A DNA stretch of 64,000 bases from Thermodesulfovibrionales bacterium (GCA_046350935.1 JAXLZK010000010.1:18569-82568), one strand, 5' to 3'; numbered from the stretch's first letter, positions 1 to 10,055 are shown. Program-made: numbers and translations. Notes: a model not told the origin generated them from the letters alone.

Positions 1-1102
1 CCGCCACTTTCCGGGCGAACCCCGCAGCGGCCTTCCACGGGTAGGCAACGGCGTCCATGAGCTCCGGCGGCGCCGCTTCCATCTTTTTGCCCCTCCCCCT
101 CACTGCGGCGACCGCTCCCCGTACTGCCAGGGAGGCGGTGCTTTTCGGGTTGAGCAGGATGTCGAGGACCTCGATGAGCACCGCGACGGCCAGCCTGCCC
201 CTCCCGAGCCTGCATTCCATCGCTTCCAGAGCCTTTTTGTGGTACTCCCAGAACTGCCTCTCCCTGAAGGAGAGCACGCTCTTCCCCAGGAACCGGTAAT
301 ACTCGTTCAGCTTCGCCTCCCACCGCTTCCCGAACTCCTCGGCCGGGAGGTAGACGGGTCCGTACTTTTTGAGCAGATACAGGTAGCCCGGCATATAGGT
401 ATTGAGTCTCCGCGCCAGGGAGGTCATCGCCTCGCTGCCCCTCCGCGTATACGAAAGCACCTGGTGCACATACCCGAAGTCGGAATCCTCCAGGACCTCG
501 AAGCAGACTTCCGTATCCGCATGGAAGTTGCTCTCGTTGTAGAATCTTTCCCGCATCCTGATGAGGGAGGAGCGCAGGAGGAGCGTGGTGGGAGACCCGA
601 ACACGTAGAGCTTTTCCGTGAGAGTGCGCACGCAGATCTCTCTTCCCGGCACCACCGTGCTGGGATAGGGCAGCCCGTCGCAGTTCACCCGCGTATCGTC
701 GATCCGGTAGGCCCCCACGATCGCCACCGAGGGGTTCTCCTCGGCCACCTGCACCATCTTCATCAGGCACTCGGGAAACAGCCAGTCGTCGGCATGCACC
801 ACTTTCACGTACGTGCTCCCGCGGGAGATCTGGCGCAGCGCATGGTTCCAGTTCTGCATGATGGGCAGAAAGCTCCCGTTGTGGTGGATGCGGATGCGCC
901 GGTCGCGTTGTGCGTACTCCTCCATGATGCCCGGAGAAAGGTCGGTGCTGCAATTATTGACGATGATGTACTCCCAGTTCCGGTAGGTCTGGGCAAGGAC
1001 GCTCTCGATGCACTCCGCAAGGTGCTTCTCGCAGTTGTACACTGGTGTTACGACGCTGACAAGGGGCTGTCGGCTGCTTTCGATCGTATCGTCCCGGTTC
1101 AT
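1..1102 (-). CDS. Family 2 glycosyltransferase (3' end lies beyond the window start)
   Basis: Absent from the ORF track because it runs off the edge. My reverse-strand translation from ATG 1102 reads MNRDDTIESSRQPLVSVVTPVYNCEKHLAECIESVLAQTYRNWEYIIVNNCSTD..., the classic GT-A/GT2 N-terminus. The frame stays open to position 2. Confidence 0.8.
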   Translation of the reverse strand, partial: MNRDDTIESSRQPLVSVVTPVYNCEKHLAECIESVLAQTYRNWEYIIVNNCSTDLSPGIMEEYAQRDRRIRIHHNGSFLPIMQNWNHALRQISRGSTYVKVVHADDWLFPECLMKMVQVAEENPSVAIVGAYRIDDTRVNCDGLPYPSTVVPGREICVRTLTEKLYVFGSPTTLLLRSSLIRMRERFYNESNFHADTEVCFEVLEDSDFGYVHQVLSYTRRGSEAMTSLARRLNTYMPGYLYLLKKYGPVYLPAEEFGKRWEAKLNEYYRFLGKSVLSFRERQFWEYHKKALEAMECRLGRGRLAVAVLIEVLDILLNPKSTASLAVRGAVAAVRGRGKKMEAAPPELMDAVAYPWKAAAGFARKVA

Positions 1103-1173
1103 AGGGGGAGCACCTCGTGCCGTAGGGGTTCCCGGAGCGCGGGGCAGCCCACCCTGCTCCGCCTGCATACCTC

Positions 1174-3033
1174 TTATCTGCCGTCGAGGTATATCCTGCA
1201 CCAGAGCTCGAAGCTGAGGAGCGCGGTGATTTTGGCGCCCGTGTTGCTCATCCGGCTGCCGCCGTTCCTATGCTCCTCCAGCAGCCCGGCCACTGCTCCG
1301 GGGTTCCAGAAGCCCCTTTCCCGCGCCTTCGGCGAGAGCAGGATCGTCTCGGCCCAGGTGCGCAGGTCCCGCTTGAGCCATGTATCGTAGTCCACGTAGA
1401 AGCACTTCTGCCCCGCAGCGAGGAGCCCCCCTGTCAGCCGCGAGAGGAAGCGGCGCCGGCGCAGCCTCTTTTCGTGGCTCCGCATCTGGAGATGGGTGGC
1501 GTCCAGCGGCAGCCCTCCGGTCGTCGTCGCCGGGATCCTCGCCATGGAGGGGGCGGCCTGGAGAAGCACCCGCCGGTAGAGCGAATTCTCCCCCCAGCGC
1601 AGCGAGGGGGGGAGCGTCCCGGCGAAATCGACGACGTCGTTATCGAAGAAGAGGGGCCTGAACTCGAGGGTGTCGGGGAACAGTGCCGCCAGCCGCGCGT
1701 AGAGCCGCCGCTGCTGCTGCCGCATGCCCCAGTAATCGACGCGGTGGGACACGTGGGCGGAGCGGTACTTGCCGAAGTCGGCATGGAAGCGGGCCCTGGC
1801 CAACCCCTTCACCTGCCGGAAGAGGGACGGGGTCACCAACTGCTGCACCTCGTTGTCCGTGGTCACGCTCTTCATATCGTAATAGCGGTCTGCCGTGAAC
1901 CCCTTTCCCCAGAAGCGGCTCCGGGGGTCCTTGTTGAAGTGGCCGAAGATATCCTCCCCCACCGAACCCGTCGTGAGGGCATCCACCTGGAGCGCAACCT
2001 CGTCGTAGATGCTGATCCCGTGGAACTGGTTACAGTTGATGAGGTCCTCCGTGCGCTCGATTCCCGCTGCGGCAAACGTTTTGAGATAGTCGGGCCGTAT
2101 CTCGTGGAAGCTATGGAACACATTGGCTGCCTGCGCCGCCATGCGTGCATACTGCACGTCGGGGCAGAGCGGGACCCCGAAGGTAAAGGTCTTGAGCGCA
2201 TCCTTCCGGAGCACGCTTAGTACGATCCGGGAGTCCATCCCCCCGCTCAGGAGGAACCCCATCCGCAAAGCGTCCCCCTGTCTTCTCTCGGCCGACTGCC
2301 GGAGCAGGAAAAGCAGCTCCTCCAGGTAGGCGTCGGGGGAAATACCCGTCTCCTCCTCCTCGAAGGCGATATCCCAGTATTTGCGCCACGAAACCCGGTG
2401 TCCCTGGCAGATCACCATGCTTGCGGGTTCCAGCTCATCGATCCCCGCGAACATCGTGTCGTTGGACTGGGGGACGCCCAGGCACAGGAAGTCGGTGAGG
2501 GCGGCATGGTTCACGGTGCGCGGAAAGCCGCTGTCGGCCAGGATGGCTTTCGGGGAGGAGGCCCACAGGTATTTCCCATTCCTCCGCGCGCAGTAGAGGG
2601 GGCGCAGGCCGTACCGGTCGTTGGCGATGATCAGCTTCTCCTTCCGCGCGTCCCATAGCATCAGGGAAAAGCTCCCGTTCAGCGCGCGGACAAAATCGTC
2701 CCCCTTTTCCTCATACAGGTGCGCGGTCAGCTCCGCGGGGCTGTCTTCCGAAAAGCGGTGCCCCTCCCGCTCGAGCGCCCTTCTCACCGCCCCGGCCCCG
2801 AAAAGCTCGCCGTGGAACAGGACGCAGACGGTCTTTTCCTCGTTCCACGCCGGTTGGGGCGGGCGGTTGATCAGCGCCGGGCGGCAGCGCCCCATGCTGA
2901 AGCCGGGCCCGCTGAACCACTCCACCGGCCCCTCGCGGTCGCTCCTCTTCAGGTGGGCGCACATATGCACCACGGCGGGCTCGCTCTCCTCCCGCCTGCA
3001 CTCCGGGTCGTAGAGGGCCGCTAGTCCCGCCAT
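1174..3033 (-). CDS. Asparagine synthase-family amidotransferase (exosortase/EPS-locus type) with a degenerate glutaminase N-terminus
   Basis: Intact 619-aa ORF. It has the PP-loop FLLSGGMDSRIVLS and an AsnB-like glutaminase-domain fold (..VLFHGELFG..LNGSFSLMLWD..NDRYGLRPLY). The N-terminus is MAGLAALY instead of the canonical MCGI. Confidence 0.85.
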   Translation of the reverse strand: MAGLAALYDPECRREESEPAVVHMCAHLKRSDREGPVEWFSGPGFSMGRCRPALINRPPQPAWNEEKTVCVLFHGELFGAGAVRRALEREGHRFSEDSPAELTAHLYEEKGDDFVRALNGSFSLMLWDARKEKLIIANDRYGLRPLYCARRNGKYLWASSPKAILADSGFPRTVNHAALTDFLCLGVPQSNDTMFAGIDELEPASMVICQGHRVSWRKYWDIAFEEEETGISPDAYLEELLFLLRQSAERRQGDALRMGFLLSGGMDSRIVLSVLRKDALKTFTFGVPLCPDVQYARMAAQAANVFHSFHEIRPDYLKTFAAAGIERTEDLINCNQFHGISIYDEVALQVDALTTGSVGEDIFGHFNKDPRSRFWGKGFTADRYYDMKSVTTDNEVQQLVTPSLFRQVKGLARARFHADFGKYRSAHVSHRVDYWGMRQQQRRLYARLAALFPDTLEFRPLFFDNDVVDFAGTLPPSLRWGENSLYRRVLLQAAPSMARIPATTTGGLPLDATHLQMRSHEKRLRRRRFLSRLTGGLLAAGQKCFYVDYDTWLKRDLRTWAETILLSPKARERGFWNPGAVAGLLEEHRNGGSRMSNTGAKITALLSFELWCRIYLDGR

Positions 3034-3124
3034 GCCGTGCTCCCGTTCCGGGGCGCGCCTTTCTTCACCCGTCGCCCCATTATGCAGCCGTCCTTTCCGC
3101 CGTCTCCCGCACCGGCTGCCCGCC

Positions 3125-4387
3125 CTATCCGCTCAGCATGCCGGAGAACCGGGCAAAGGCGTCCTGCCGCCTCCGGTCGATCCCCCGCAGTCCTCGGTAG
3201 TAGAGATCGTTCACCAGCCTGTCCAGGACGAGGCTCCGCCCCTTCCGCCGCAGCCGCCGCAGCGCGCTTTCCGCTTTCGCTCCCGAAGGGGGGGAAGAGC
3301 ACGCCCTGTTCATCCTTTCGAAGTTCCTCCACGCCACGTCCCGCGCAAGCTCCAGGGGAGGGATCTCCAGTTTTTCAGACACTTTCAGCAAACGCGCCAC
3401 CTTTTCCGCAAAGATCCCCTCCACGGTCCGCCGTATCTCGGCGTGGCCGAACCCGAGGGAAGACATGCGGGAGCTGAGGACGGCGCCGCAGTTCGCGACG
3501 AAGTCGGGCAGGCAGAACACTCCCCGGCTGAGGAGTATCTTTTCGGCCTCTGGAGTCAGGGGTGCGTTGGCGGCGGGCACGATCATCCGCGCTGCGACGC
3601 TCCCCGCGTTTTCCGCATCGACTGACCAGGTTCGCGCGCACGGCACGAGGATCTCCACGGGGAGGCCCAGCAGGTCCCTCTGCGCGATTCGTTCGGCGTT
3701 GAGATAGTGGAGCACCAGTCCGCTCCCGTACGCTTTCCGCAGGAAGCACAGCAGCCTCACGTCCAGCCCCGCAGGGTTGTGTAGCGCCCCGTCCGCAGTG
3801 GATACGGCGACGAGCTTCACCCCGGCCTGCTCGAGCATCAGGGCGAGCTCCGCCCCCACTTTACCGAACCCCTCTATCGCCGCCGTCGCTGAGGAGAATC
3901 CCGCGCCCCTGAACAGTACTCCCTGCCGTATCGTCTCGAAGACGGTCAGGGCCGTGTACCCGACGCCCTCCCCGCCGGAGGCATGGAGGGGGTTGCCGAG
4001 GGCTTCCTGCATAGCGTTGATATCGTCCGGTGTCGTTCCCATGTCCTCGCCGAAGAAATAGACATGCTTCTTTACCAGAATGCCCAGGTTCCGGCCGAAC
4101 GCCGCCATGACGTCCTTCCGGCGCTGCTGAACAAGGGAGTCCGCGACAGTGATGCCCGCCTTCGCCCCTCCATGGGGAAAATTGAGAAAGCCGAACTTCA
4201 AGGTCATCACCCGCGCAAGCTGGGCAATCTCCGCCACCGACAGCCCCGGGGCCAGCCGGATGCCCCCGCCGCAGGGGTTCGCCCCCACGGTGCGGTCGAT
4301 CACCAGGTAGCCAAGGGAGCCGAGCTCCCCGTCAATCACCTGACAGACCATCTGGGGGCGAAAATCGTCGATCGTTATCGGTTCCAT
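3125..4387 (-). CDS. Glu/Leu/Phe/Val dehydrogenase-family protein
   Basis: Intact 420-aa ORF. It carries the family signature region GGIRLAPGLSVAEIAQLARVMTLKFGFLNFPHGGAKAGI, including the catalytic Lys context. A Rossmann segment GFGKVGAELA follows. Confidence 0.8.
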   Translation of the reverse strand: MEPITIDDFRPQMVCQVIDGELGSLGYLVIDRTVGANPCGGGIRLAPGLSVAEIAQLARVMTLKFGFLNFPHGGAKAGITVADSLVQQRRKDVMAAFGRNLGILVKKHVYFFGEDMGTTPDDINAMQEALGNPLHASGGEGVGYTALTVFETIRQGVLFRGAGFSSATAAIEGFGKVGAELALMLEQAGVKLVAVSTADGALHNPAGLDVRLLCFLRKAYGSGLVLHYLNAERIAQRDLLGLPVEILVPCARTWSVDAENAGSVAARMIVPAANAPLTPEAEKILLSRGVFCLPDFVANCGAVLSSRMSSLGFGHAEIRRTVEGIFAEKVARLLKVSEKLEIPPLELARDVAWRNFERMNRACSSPPSGAKAESALRRLRRKGRSLVLDRLVNDLYYRGLRGIDRRRQDAFARFSGMLSG

Positions 4388-4414
4388 ACTGTCTCTCCCT
4401 GTTTCTGTCGGTCG

Positions 4415-5590
4415 TTACGGCGCGAGGAAGGGGATGGTATTCCTGAGCTTCCGCGCGGTCTTCCTGAGCTTCAGGCGGAGCTGATTCCGCACCAGGCAGA
4501 CCTGCAGCGCCCGCACCCACGAGGCCGTGAGGGAGCGCCGCTTCGCATAGGTGAGGACCCGCTGGAGCTCCGCTATTTTCAAAGCATCGAGCCCCCTGAG
4601 CCCCGCGATCTGGCTGTCGCTGGCATCGTGCTCGAAGCAGCCGGGGAGGGCCAGGCCGAGCACCCGGAAATTCAGGATCGTCCGGATGCATTTCTCGCAC
4701 ACATTGCAGTTCCTGTCCTCCTCGTCCTCCTTACCGATCATGCAGACGCGGAGATGCTGCAGCGCCTCTTTCCACTCCGCGATCACCCCGACCTTCTCGA
4801 CCCGCGAGAAGGAGGCCCCGTCATGAATGATCCGGAACGAGTCGCCCGACAGCATCCAGTCCGTCACCGGGTTGGAGCCCCAGGGCAGCACCAGGCCGTT
4901 GTACGGCTCGGTGCTCGGGATAATGCCCGCTGCAAAGCCGCGCTGCAGGAGGGACAGGCACGAGGCGGGCGCTGCGCCGTGCATGTCCCACCAGGGCTCT
5001 CCCAGATCTCTCAGGTTGGTGGCCATGGAAATAAACTCAATCCCCAGGCTCTTCACCATGCCCTCCGCACGCTCGGCGGCGCGGTGAAACGCCCCGGCGC
5101 TCTCCAGGGGAATATCGAAGCCGTGGATCATCAGCCCCGCCTCGAGGTCCAGGTTCTGCCTTCCGCAGAGGCCGTTGCGGTAGCGGTAGGCGGTAAACGA
5201 TGAATCGACACCCCCTGAGAAGAGGGTGACGGCGCTGCCCGGCCCCCCGGCGCAGGGATGCTCCCTCTCCGCATCGGCCGTGATCTCCACCTTCACGTAC
5301 CGTTCCGGACGCCAGCACGCCCAGGCGGCCTGGAACTCGTCGAGGTTCCGCAGAAGGGAAGGCGATACTTCTCCGTGCATATGCAGATCGGTGGGGATGC
5401 GCATGGCGGTGAAAAGCATCACCAGCACATAGGGGTCGCCGCTCGCGGTGATAAGGCCGCCGTACCGCTCGGGCACCCGGTACCAGATGCGGACGCGGTC
5501 ATGCTGCGGACCCTCCACGACAACGCCCGCGGTGACCGCACCGCCGCTTCTCACCGGCTCTTCAGGCCACAAATGGGTCTTCCCTGTCAT
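4415..5590 (-). CDS. PP-loop (adenine-nucleotide alpha-hydrolase superfamily) protein, function unknown
   Basis: Intact 391-aa ORF with the SGGxDS motif (VTLFSGGVDSSFTAY) and a C-terminal Cys cluster (NCNVCEKCIRT). It is tightly packed between neighbouring genes, with gaps of 7 and 27 nt. Confidence 0.55.
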   Translation of the reverse strand: MTGKTHLWPEEPVRSGGAVTAGVVVEGPQHDRVRIWYRVPERYGGLITASGDPYVLVMLFTAMRIPTDLHMHGEVSPSLLRNLDEFQAAWACWRPERYVKVEITADAEREHPCAGGPGSAVTLFSGGVDSSFTAYRYRNGLCGRQNLDLEAGLMIHGFDIPLESAGAFHRAAERAEGMVKSLGIEFISMATNLRDLGEPWWDMHGAAPASCLSLLQRGFAAGIIPSTEPYNGLVLPWGSNPVTDWMLSGDSFRIIHDGASFSRVEKVGVIAEWKEALQHLRVCMIGKEDEEDRNCNVCEKCIRTILNFRVLGLALPGCFEHDASDSQIAGLRGLDALKIAELQRVLTYAKRRSLTASWVRALQVCLVRNQLRLKLRKTARKLRNTIPFLAP

Positions 5591-5597
5591 TGCCGCA

Positions 5598-6287
5598 TCA
5601 CCTCGTTCGCTCCGCCATTTCGCTTCTCATTTTTACCACGCGCGCCGGCACGCCGACGGCGACACCCCCTGCGGGAACGCTGCGCGTCACCACTGCGCCA
5701 GCGCCGACAACGGCGCCCTCTCCGATCTCCACGCCGTCGAGCACGACCACGCCGAACCCGATCCAGGCGTCGTCTCCGATGCGGATCCCCCCCTTCGTCG
5801 TCAACTCCTGCCTGCTGATAAGCTCTCCCGGGGCAAAGCCGTGGGCGTAGGAGTAGAAGGCGCAGTTCGGCCCGATCTGCACGCCGCGGCCGATGCGGAT
5901 CGGCCCCTTGTACCCCATGATCTGGCAGCGCGGCTGTATGTAGGTGTCGGCCCCTATGGACACGGAGCCTCCTGCTCCGGTGGCGACGGCGGTATCGCGG
6001 AGGAGATGGACCCGGTCGTCCAGGCTCACCGGGCCGCCGCCCCGCGCCTGGTTGATGACGACCCGGTCGCCGATGAAGACATGGGCGCCCAGATGCAGAT
6101 CGTTGTGGTAGATAATCGAGTTCGGATCGATATACCCCTGCGGGTTCATAAGGGCAAGGGGATACCGCGCGCTGTGCGGCGGCGCACACCATGCGGCAAG
6201 GCGGGTGGAGAAGCGCCCCCAGCGGGACAGCCCCGCCTGCCGCATCCAGAACCGTATCCAGGCCGACCGTAAACGGGTGCGCGGCAT
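5598..6287 (-). CDS. Hexapeptide-repeat (left-handed beta-helix) acyltransferase
   Basis: Contains imperfect hexapeptide repeats: IGDRVVIN..VSIGADTYIQ..IRIGRGVQIGPNCAF..IRIGDDAWIGFGVVVLDGVEIGEGAVVGAGAVV. The start codon is uncertain and an internal Met is possible. Confidence 0.8.
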   Translation of the reverse strand: MPRTRLRSAWIRFWMRQAGLSRWGRFSTRLAAWCAPPHSARYPLALMNPQGYIDPNSIIYHNDLHLGAHVFIGDRVVINQARGGGPVSLDDRVHLLRDTAVATGAGGSVSIGADTYIQPRCQIMGYKGPIRIGRGVQIGPNCAFYSYAHGFAPGELISRQELTTKGGIRIGDDAWIGFGVVVLDGVEIGEGAVVGAGAVVTRSVPAGGVAVGVPARVVKMRSEMAERTR

Positions 6288-6294
6288 AAAAGCC

Positions 6295-7896
6295 CTACAA
6301 GAGCAGATCGGGTAGGCTCTCCAGCAGGAGGTTTCCCATCAGCAGGCAGTTCGTCCGCCCCAGGACGGACTTCAGGAAGCCGTGGAGGCGGGCCTTTACC
6401 AGCACGCGCACCAGCAGCGCTCTGAGCGGACCGTTCCCGCCCCGCGGGTTGATGGGCTCCTGCAGCAGCTCGGGCCAGAAGCGCTCGATGAGCCTTTCCT
6501 GCAGGGCGTACTCGGGGGGCCTCCTGTATTGTTCGTCCACCGAGAGCATGCCGGCCAGGAGCGCACGGCAGTTATAGGGAACGAAGACCTCCTGCACGAT
6601 GTCCCACTCCAGCTGGCTCATCGCCTGCCAGTTCCCCTCCCTGTTCTCCCACTTGAAAAGGTCCAGAAGAGTGGGGGTACGCCATTTCTTCGCCCCCCCG
6701 AGCCATTTTTCGAACGCCCGCCGGGCGAAGGCGCTGTCTCCCATCCCTGTCAGTTCGGCGAGCGTGGCGTCCGTGACCTCTTCACCCCGCCTCTCCGGAG
6801 GCAGCATATACGTGTAGATGCTTTTTGCGATCCCCGCGGCGTTCCCCTTGACGCACACCTTCTCCTGGGGGTAGCTGCGGAAGAGCCCCTGGGCAATGGC
6901 GCCGTAGGCCTCCCGCGCCGTTGTCACGTTCCTCCGGTAGATGCTCCCGAACTCTTCGTCCATCGAGGGGGGACACCGGATCACCGTGTGTTTCAATCCC
7001 AGCCTGCGCAGGAGCGATGACGGGACCCTGATGTCCGGGCTGCTCTTCTTCAGGTCCCAGTACATCAGGGTGAAGCAGTAGACCTTCCTGCTCGCCTCCT
7101 TCAGGGACGCCAGCAGGAGCCGCGTGTCGCGCCCCGCTGTCAGGGACAGGGCGAGCTCGAAACGGTGTGACGCTCCTTTGACAAGCCCGGAAAGGAGCTC
7201 TCCCGTCGCATGGACCGCCTCCTCGAGAGAGAGGCGTGCAGTGTCCCCCGCGGGCCAGAACCTGCCGACGGCTCCGGTCTTCAGATCGAGGAAGTGGTTC
7301 GGGAGCAGGTGGAGGACTTCCCGGTAAAGGGAGCTGTCCCCGGGCCACCAATACTCCTTTTCCCGCTCCGAAAAGGAGCGGATGAACTCGAGCGCCTTCC
7401 TGTCCGGCTCCAGCGAGAGGAGATCGGCGATCAGCCCCGGCTGGGAAGCGCACCACAGCCCGCCCGCGAGGCGCGCATCCGAATAGAAGACCTGCCTGAA
7501 CCCCACGGCATCGTTGAACAGGCGCATCTCTCTGCCGTCGTCCACCAGGAGGACCCACCTGCCCCCGAGTTCATAGGTGTGCGGGAAGAAGGCGTCCGCG
7601 GTATCGAGGCGCTCCAGGAGCCCCTGCACCACCTCCCCGTCGGTATGGAGCGGGTTCCGCGGGTCTATGAGATACCCGAGCAGGGTAACGGACTTCCCGT
7701 GCCGCTCCGCCCGGTATACCGGGAGGTCGGGATGCGCGGCAAGATGGAGCCCCTCGCGCAGGCGCAACCGCCTCCATGAAGGGAAGCCTTCCGGCAGGCG
7801 GGGGCCGAGGAGGAACTGGCGGCGAAAGAGCAGGCGCTCCCTGCCCTCTTCAGTCAGGACCCTTCCTGCGGACATCATTCCGCCGCCCGTCTGCAT
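6295..7896 (-). CDS. Hypothetical protein, distantly asparagine-synthase-like (degenerate motifs)
   Basis: Intact 533-aa ORF. The segment ALSLTAGRDTRLLLASL sits where AsnB-type enzymes carry SGGxDS. No N-terminal Cys nucleophile is present. It lies within the operon. Confidence 0.45.
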   Translation of the reverse strand: MQTGGGMMSAGRVLTEEGRERLLFRRQFLLGPRLPEGFPSWRRLRLREGLHLAAHPDLPVYRAERHGKSVTLLGYLIDPRNPLHTDGEVVQGLLERLDTADAFFPHTYELGGRWVLLVDDGREMRLFNDAVGFRQVFYSDARLAGGLWCASQPGLIADLLSLEPDRKALEFIRSFSEREKEYWWPGDSSLYREVLHLLPNHFLDLKTGAVGRFWPAGDTARLSLEEAVHATGELLSGLVKGASHRFELALSLTAGRDTRLLLASLKEASRKVYCFTLMYWDLKKSSPDIRVPSSLLRRLGLKHTVIRCPPSMDEEFGSIYRRNVTTAREAYGAIAQGLFRSYPQEKVCVKGNAAGIAKSIYTYMLPPERRGEEVTDATLAELTGMGDSAFARRAFEKWLGGAKKWRTPTLLDLFKWENREGNWQAMSQLEWDIVQEVFVPYNCRALLAGMLSVDEQYRRPPEYALQERLIERFWPELLQEPINPRGGNGPLRALLVRVLVKARLHGFLKSVLGRTNCLLMGNLLLESLPDLLL

Positions 7897-7925
7897 GCGT
7901 GCGCTTTCCGCATGTCTGCCATCGT

Positions 7926-10032
7926 TCAGGGGAGAGCGTTATACCACAGGTCCGCCATGGATTGGTATCCTATCCCGTCGGGATGGGTGGTATCGGAGAA
8001 CTCTTCGGGGTGAGCGGAAAAATAGGAGTACATGTCGGGGCCCGGCATGGTGAGCTTGTTCGCCTTTACCAGCTCATCAATGACCTTGTTGTAGTCCCTG
8101 ATCAGGACATTTCGCGCCGCATTCTGCGGGTCCGTATACCACGCGCAGCTCGGGCAGTCGCCGTACACGACGGGGATCTTTGCGATTACCGGGTCTTTCC
8201 CGCAGCAAGGACAGCCGTGATGATGCGCTGCATATAGTCCTTGTACGAGTTCGTGTATCCCTGGCTTCCCGGTTGCAGGCCGAGCCCGCTCGGGATCTTC
8301 GATGCGGAATCGTTCGTCCCGTACATGATCAGGAAGTATTTCGAGTTAGGGTGTTTTGCGAGGACCCCCCGACGGAGCTCGCCCCGTCGTAGGAGCGGGT
8401 GGAGTCGACTCCTTCGTTGACGACCGTCTGCGGATAGCCGTGATACGCCGTCTGAAGATTATTGAGTATGGGCTCGTAGCCCCCTCCGCTGTTGCGGCCG
8501 TCATCGGAGATGTCGTCCTGTGGATAGTCGTCGGAATCTCCATAGGTAATGCTGTCCCCCATCGCCACGTAATAATCACCGATGCCCACCTGTATCTTCC
8601 TGTCATGGGTGAAGGTGCCGGGGACCTCATTGTCCGCCGCATCGAGAAGGGAGGCGTCGAGGGTTTGTTCGCTTCTGGACACCCCGGTAAAGGTTACCTC
8701 ATAGGGGTTTGTGCCGTCGGTAAGCGCCCTCTCGCCCGAAGTACCCTTGTCGAGGACGAATTTCACCTTCCACCCCCTCCAGGTTACTGGCTTCCGCCTT
8801 CGCCGTGAGAGAGGTGCTGCCCTGGAGGTCGTAGTTGTCCGGCTGGATGATGCCGACGAAGGGCTGGTTGGTAAAGACGAATTTCACCGCATCCGCGCTG
8901 AAGCTGTTTGAATAGGCATCCCCGCGGTGAGGGTGACCGTCCCCCCTTCGCCGCATCGAAGCTGTACGTCCCCAGGTAGTTCCACTGCCCCCCGTTCGTC
9001 TGCTGATTCACCCGCACCGTGGCCGACCCGCTGTCGTACTGGATCGTCACCGGCGCATTGTCGGAGCGGGGACGGATACTCCGTCCACCACATATACACC
9101 TCGTAGGCCCCCGCCTGCGGCAGGTCGGCATGCCAGGTGTAGGTGGCCGTTTCGCGGCTGTAGAGGGAGTCCTTTCCATAGGGGTTCGCTCCCGCCGACA
9201 CCGCCCAGAGTCCGGTGAAAGAGGTCCCCGCATCCCCGTTGTCCACAATGACCTCCGCGGGGGCCTGCTCCACCGTCAGGCAGTGTGCTCACCTCGGAGG
9301 ACCAGGCCCCGGTATTGTCCTGGACTTTAAAGTAAATGGTATGCATTCCCTCGGACAGGGCCGAGGTGTTCAGGGAGGCGGTGGTGCCGAGGCTCCCGTC
9401 GATGCTGGAGCGCCAGGAATAGCCGGTCACCGTCCCGTCGCTGTCCGTGCCGTGGCCCTTGAGGGTCACCGTATCCCCGACCTGCGCGGGGCTCGGAGAA
9501 ACAGAGTCGATCACCGCGGTCGGCGGCTGATTCGTCCCGCTCACCAGGACAAACTTCACTGCATCCGCACAGTAGGTCGCCGGAGAGGGCGATTCAGCCG
9601 TCAGCAGCACTGTCCCCCTGGCGGAGGCACTGAAGCTGTACGTCCCCAGGTAGTTCCACTGCCCCCGTTCGTCTGTTGGTTCACCCGCACCGTGGCCGAT
9701 CCCCCACTGTAGGTGATCTTCAACGGGGCGCTCCTGGATCGGGTGGAGGTCACCGTCCACCACGCATATACCTCGTACTTTCCCGCTTGCAGGAGACTCG
9801 CCTTCCACGTATACTTCGCCCCTCCCTGGCCGTACAACGAGTTCTTCCCATAGGGATTCGCTCCCCCCGACACCGCCCATGACCCCGTGTGCGACGTCCC
9901 CGTCCCCCCGTTGTCCACAATGACCTCAGTAGCGGCCTCTGCCAGCGCTTCCATCGTGGAAAGAAGCAACAGAACAGCGCACAGAAAAAGCAGAAAAATA
10001 TGCACTCCGACTTTCATCCTCTCCCGCTTCAT
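7926..10032 (-). pseudogene. Secreted multidomain SGNH/GDSL hydrolase, reading frame interrupted several times. Domain order: signal peptide, carbohydrate-binding-like module, PKD-like domain, second module, Ig-like domains, GDSL esterase.
   Basis: The gene is pieced together from five track ORFs in different frames.
- 9601..10137: MKRERMKVGVHIFLLFLCAVLLLLSTMEALA signal peptide, then the first module EVIVDNGGTGTSHTGSWAVS..VRVNQQTNGG.
- 9047..9880: GQWNYLGTYSF.. followed by the PKD-like stretch TVTLKGHGTDSDGTVTGYSW.
- 8884..9273 and 8784..9248: second copy of the module.
- 8329..8766: GDSL block YYVAMGDSITYG.
- 7926..8168: C-terminal SGNH part.
ATG 10032 is preceded by GGAGGGGAAAG. Confidence 0.7.
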
Positions 10033-10055
10033 CTTTCCCCTCCACGGTGCAGGCG

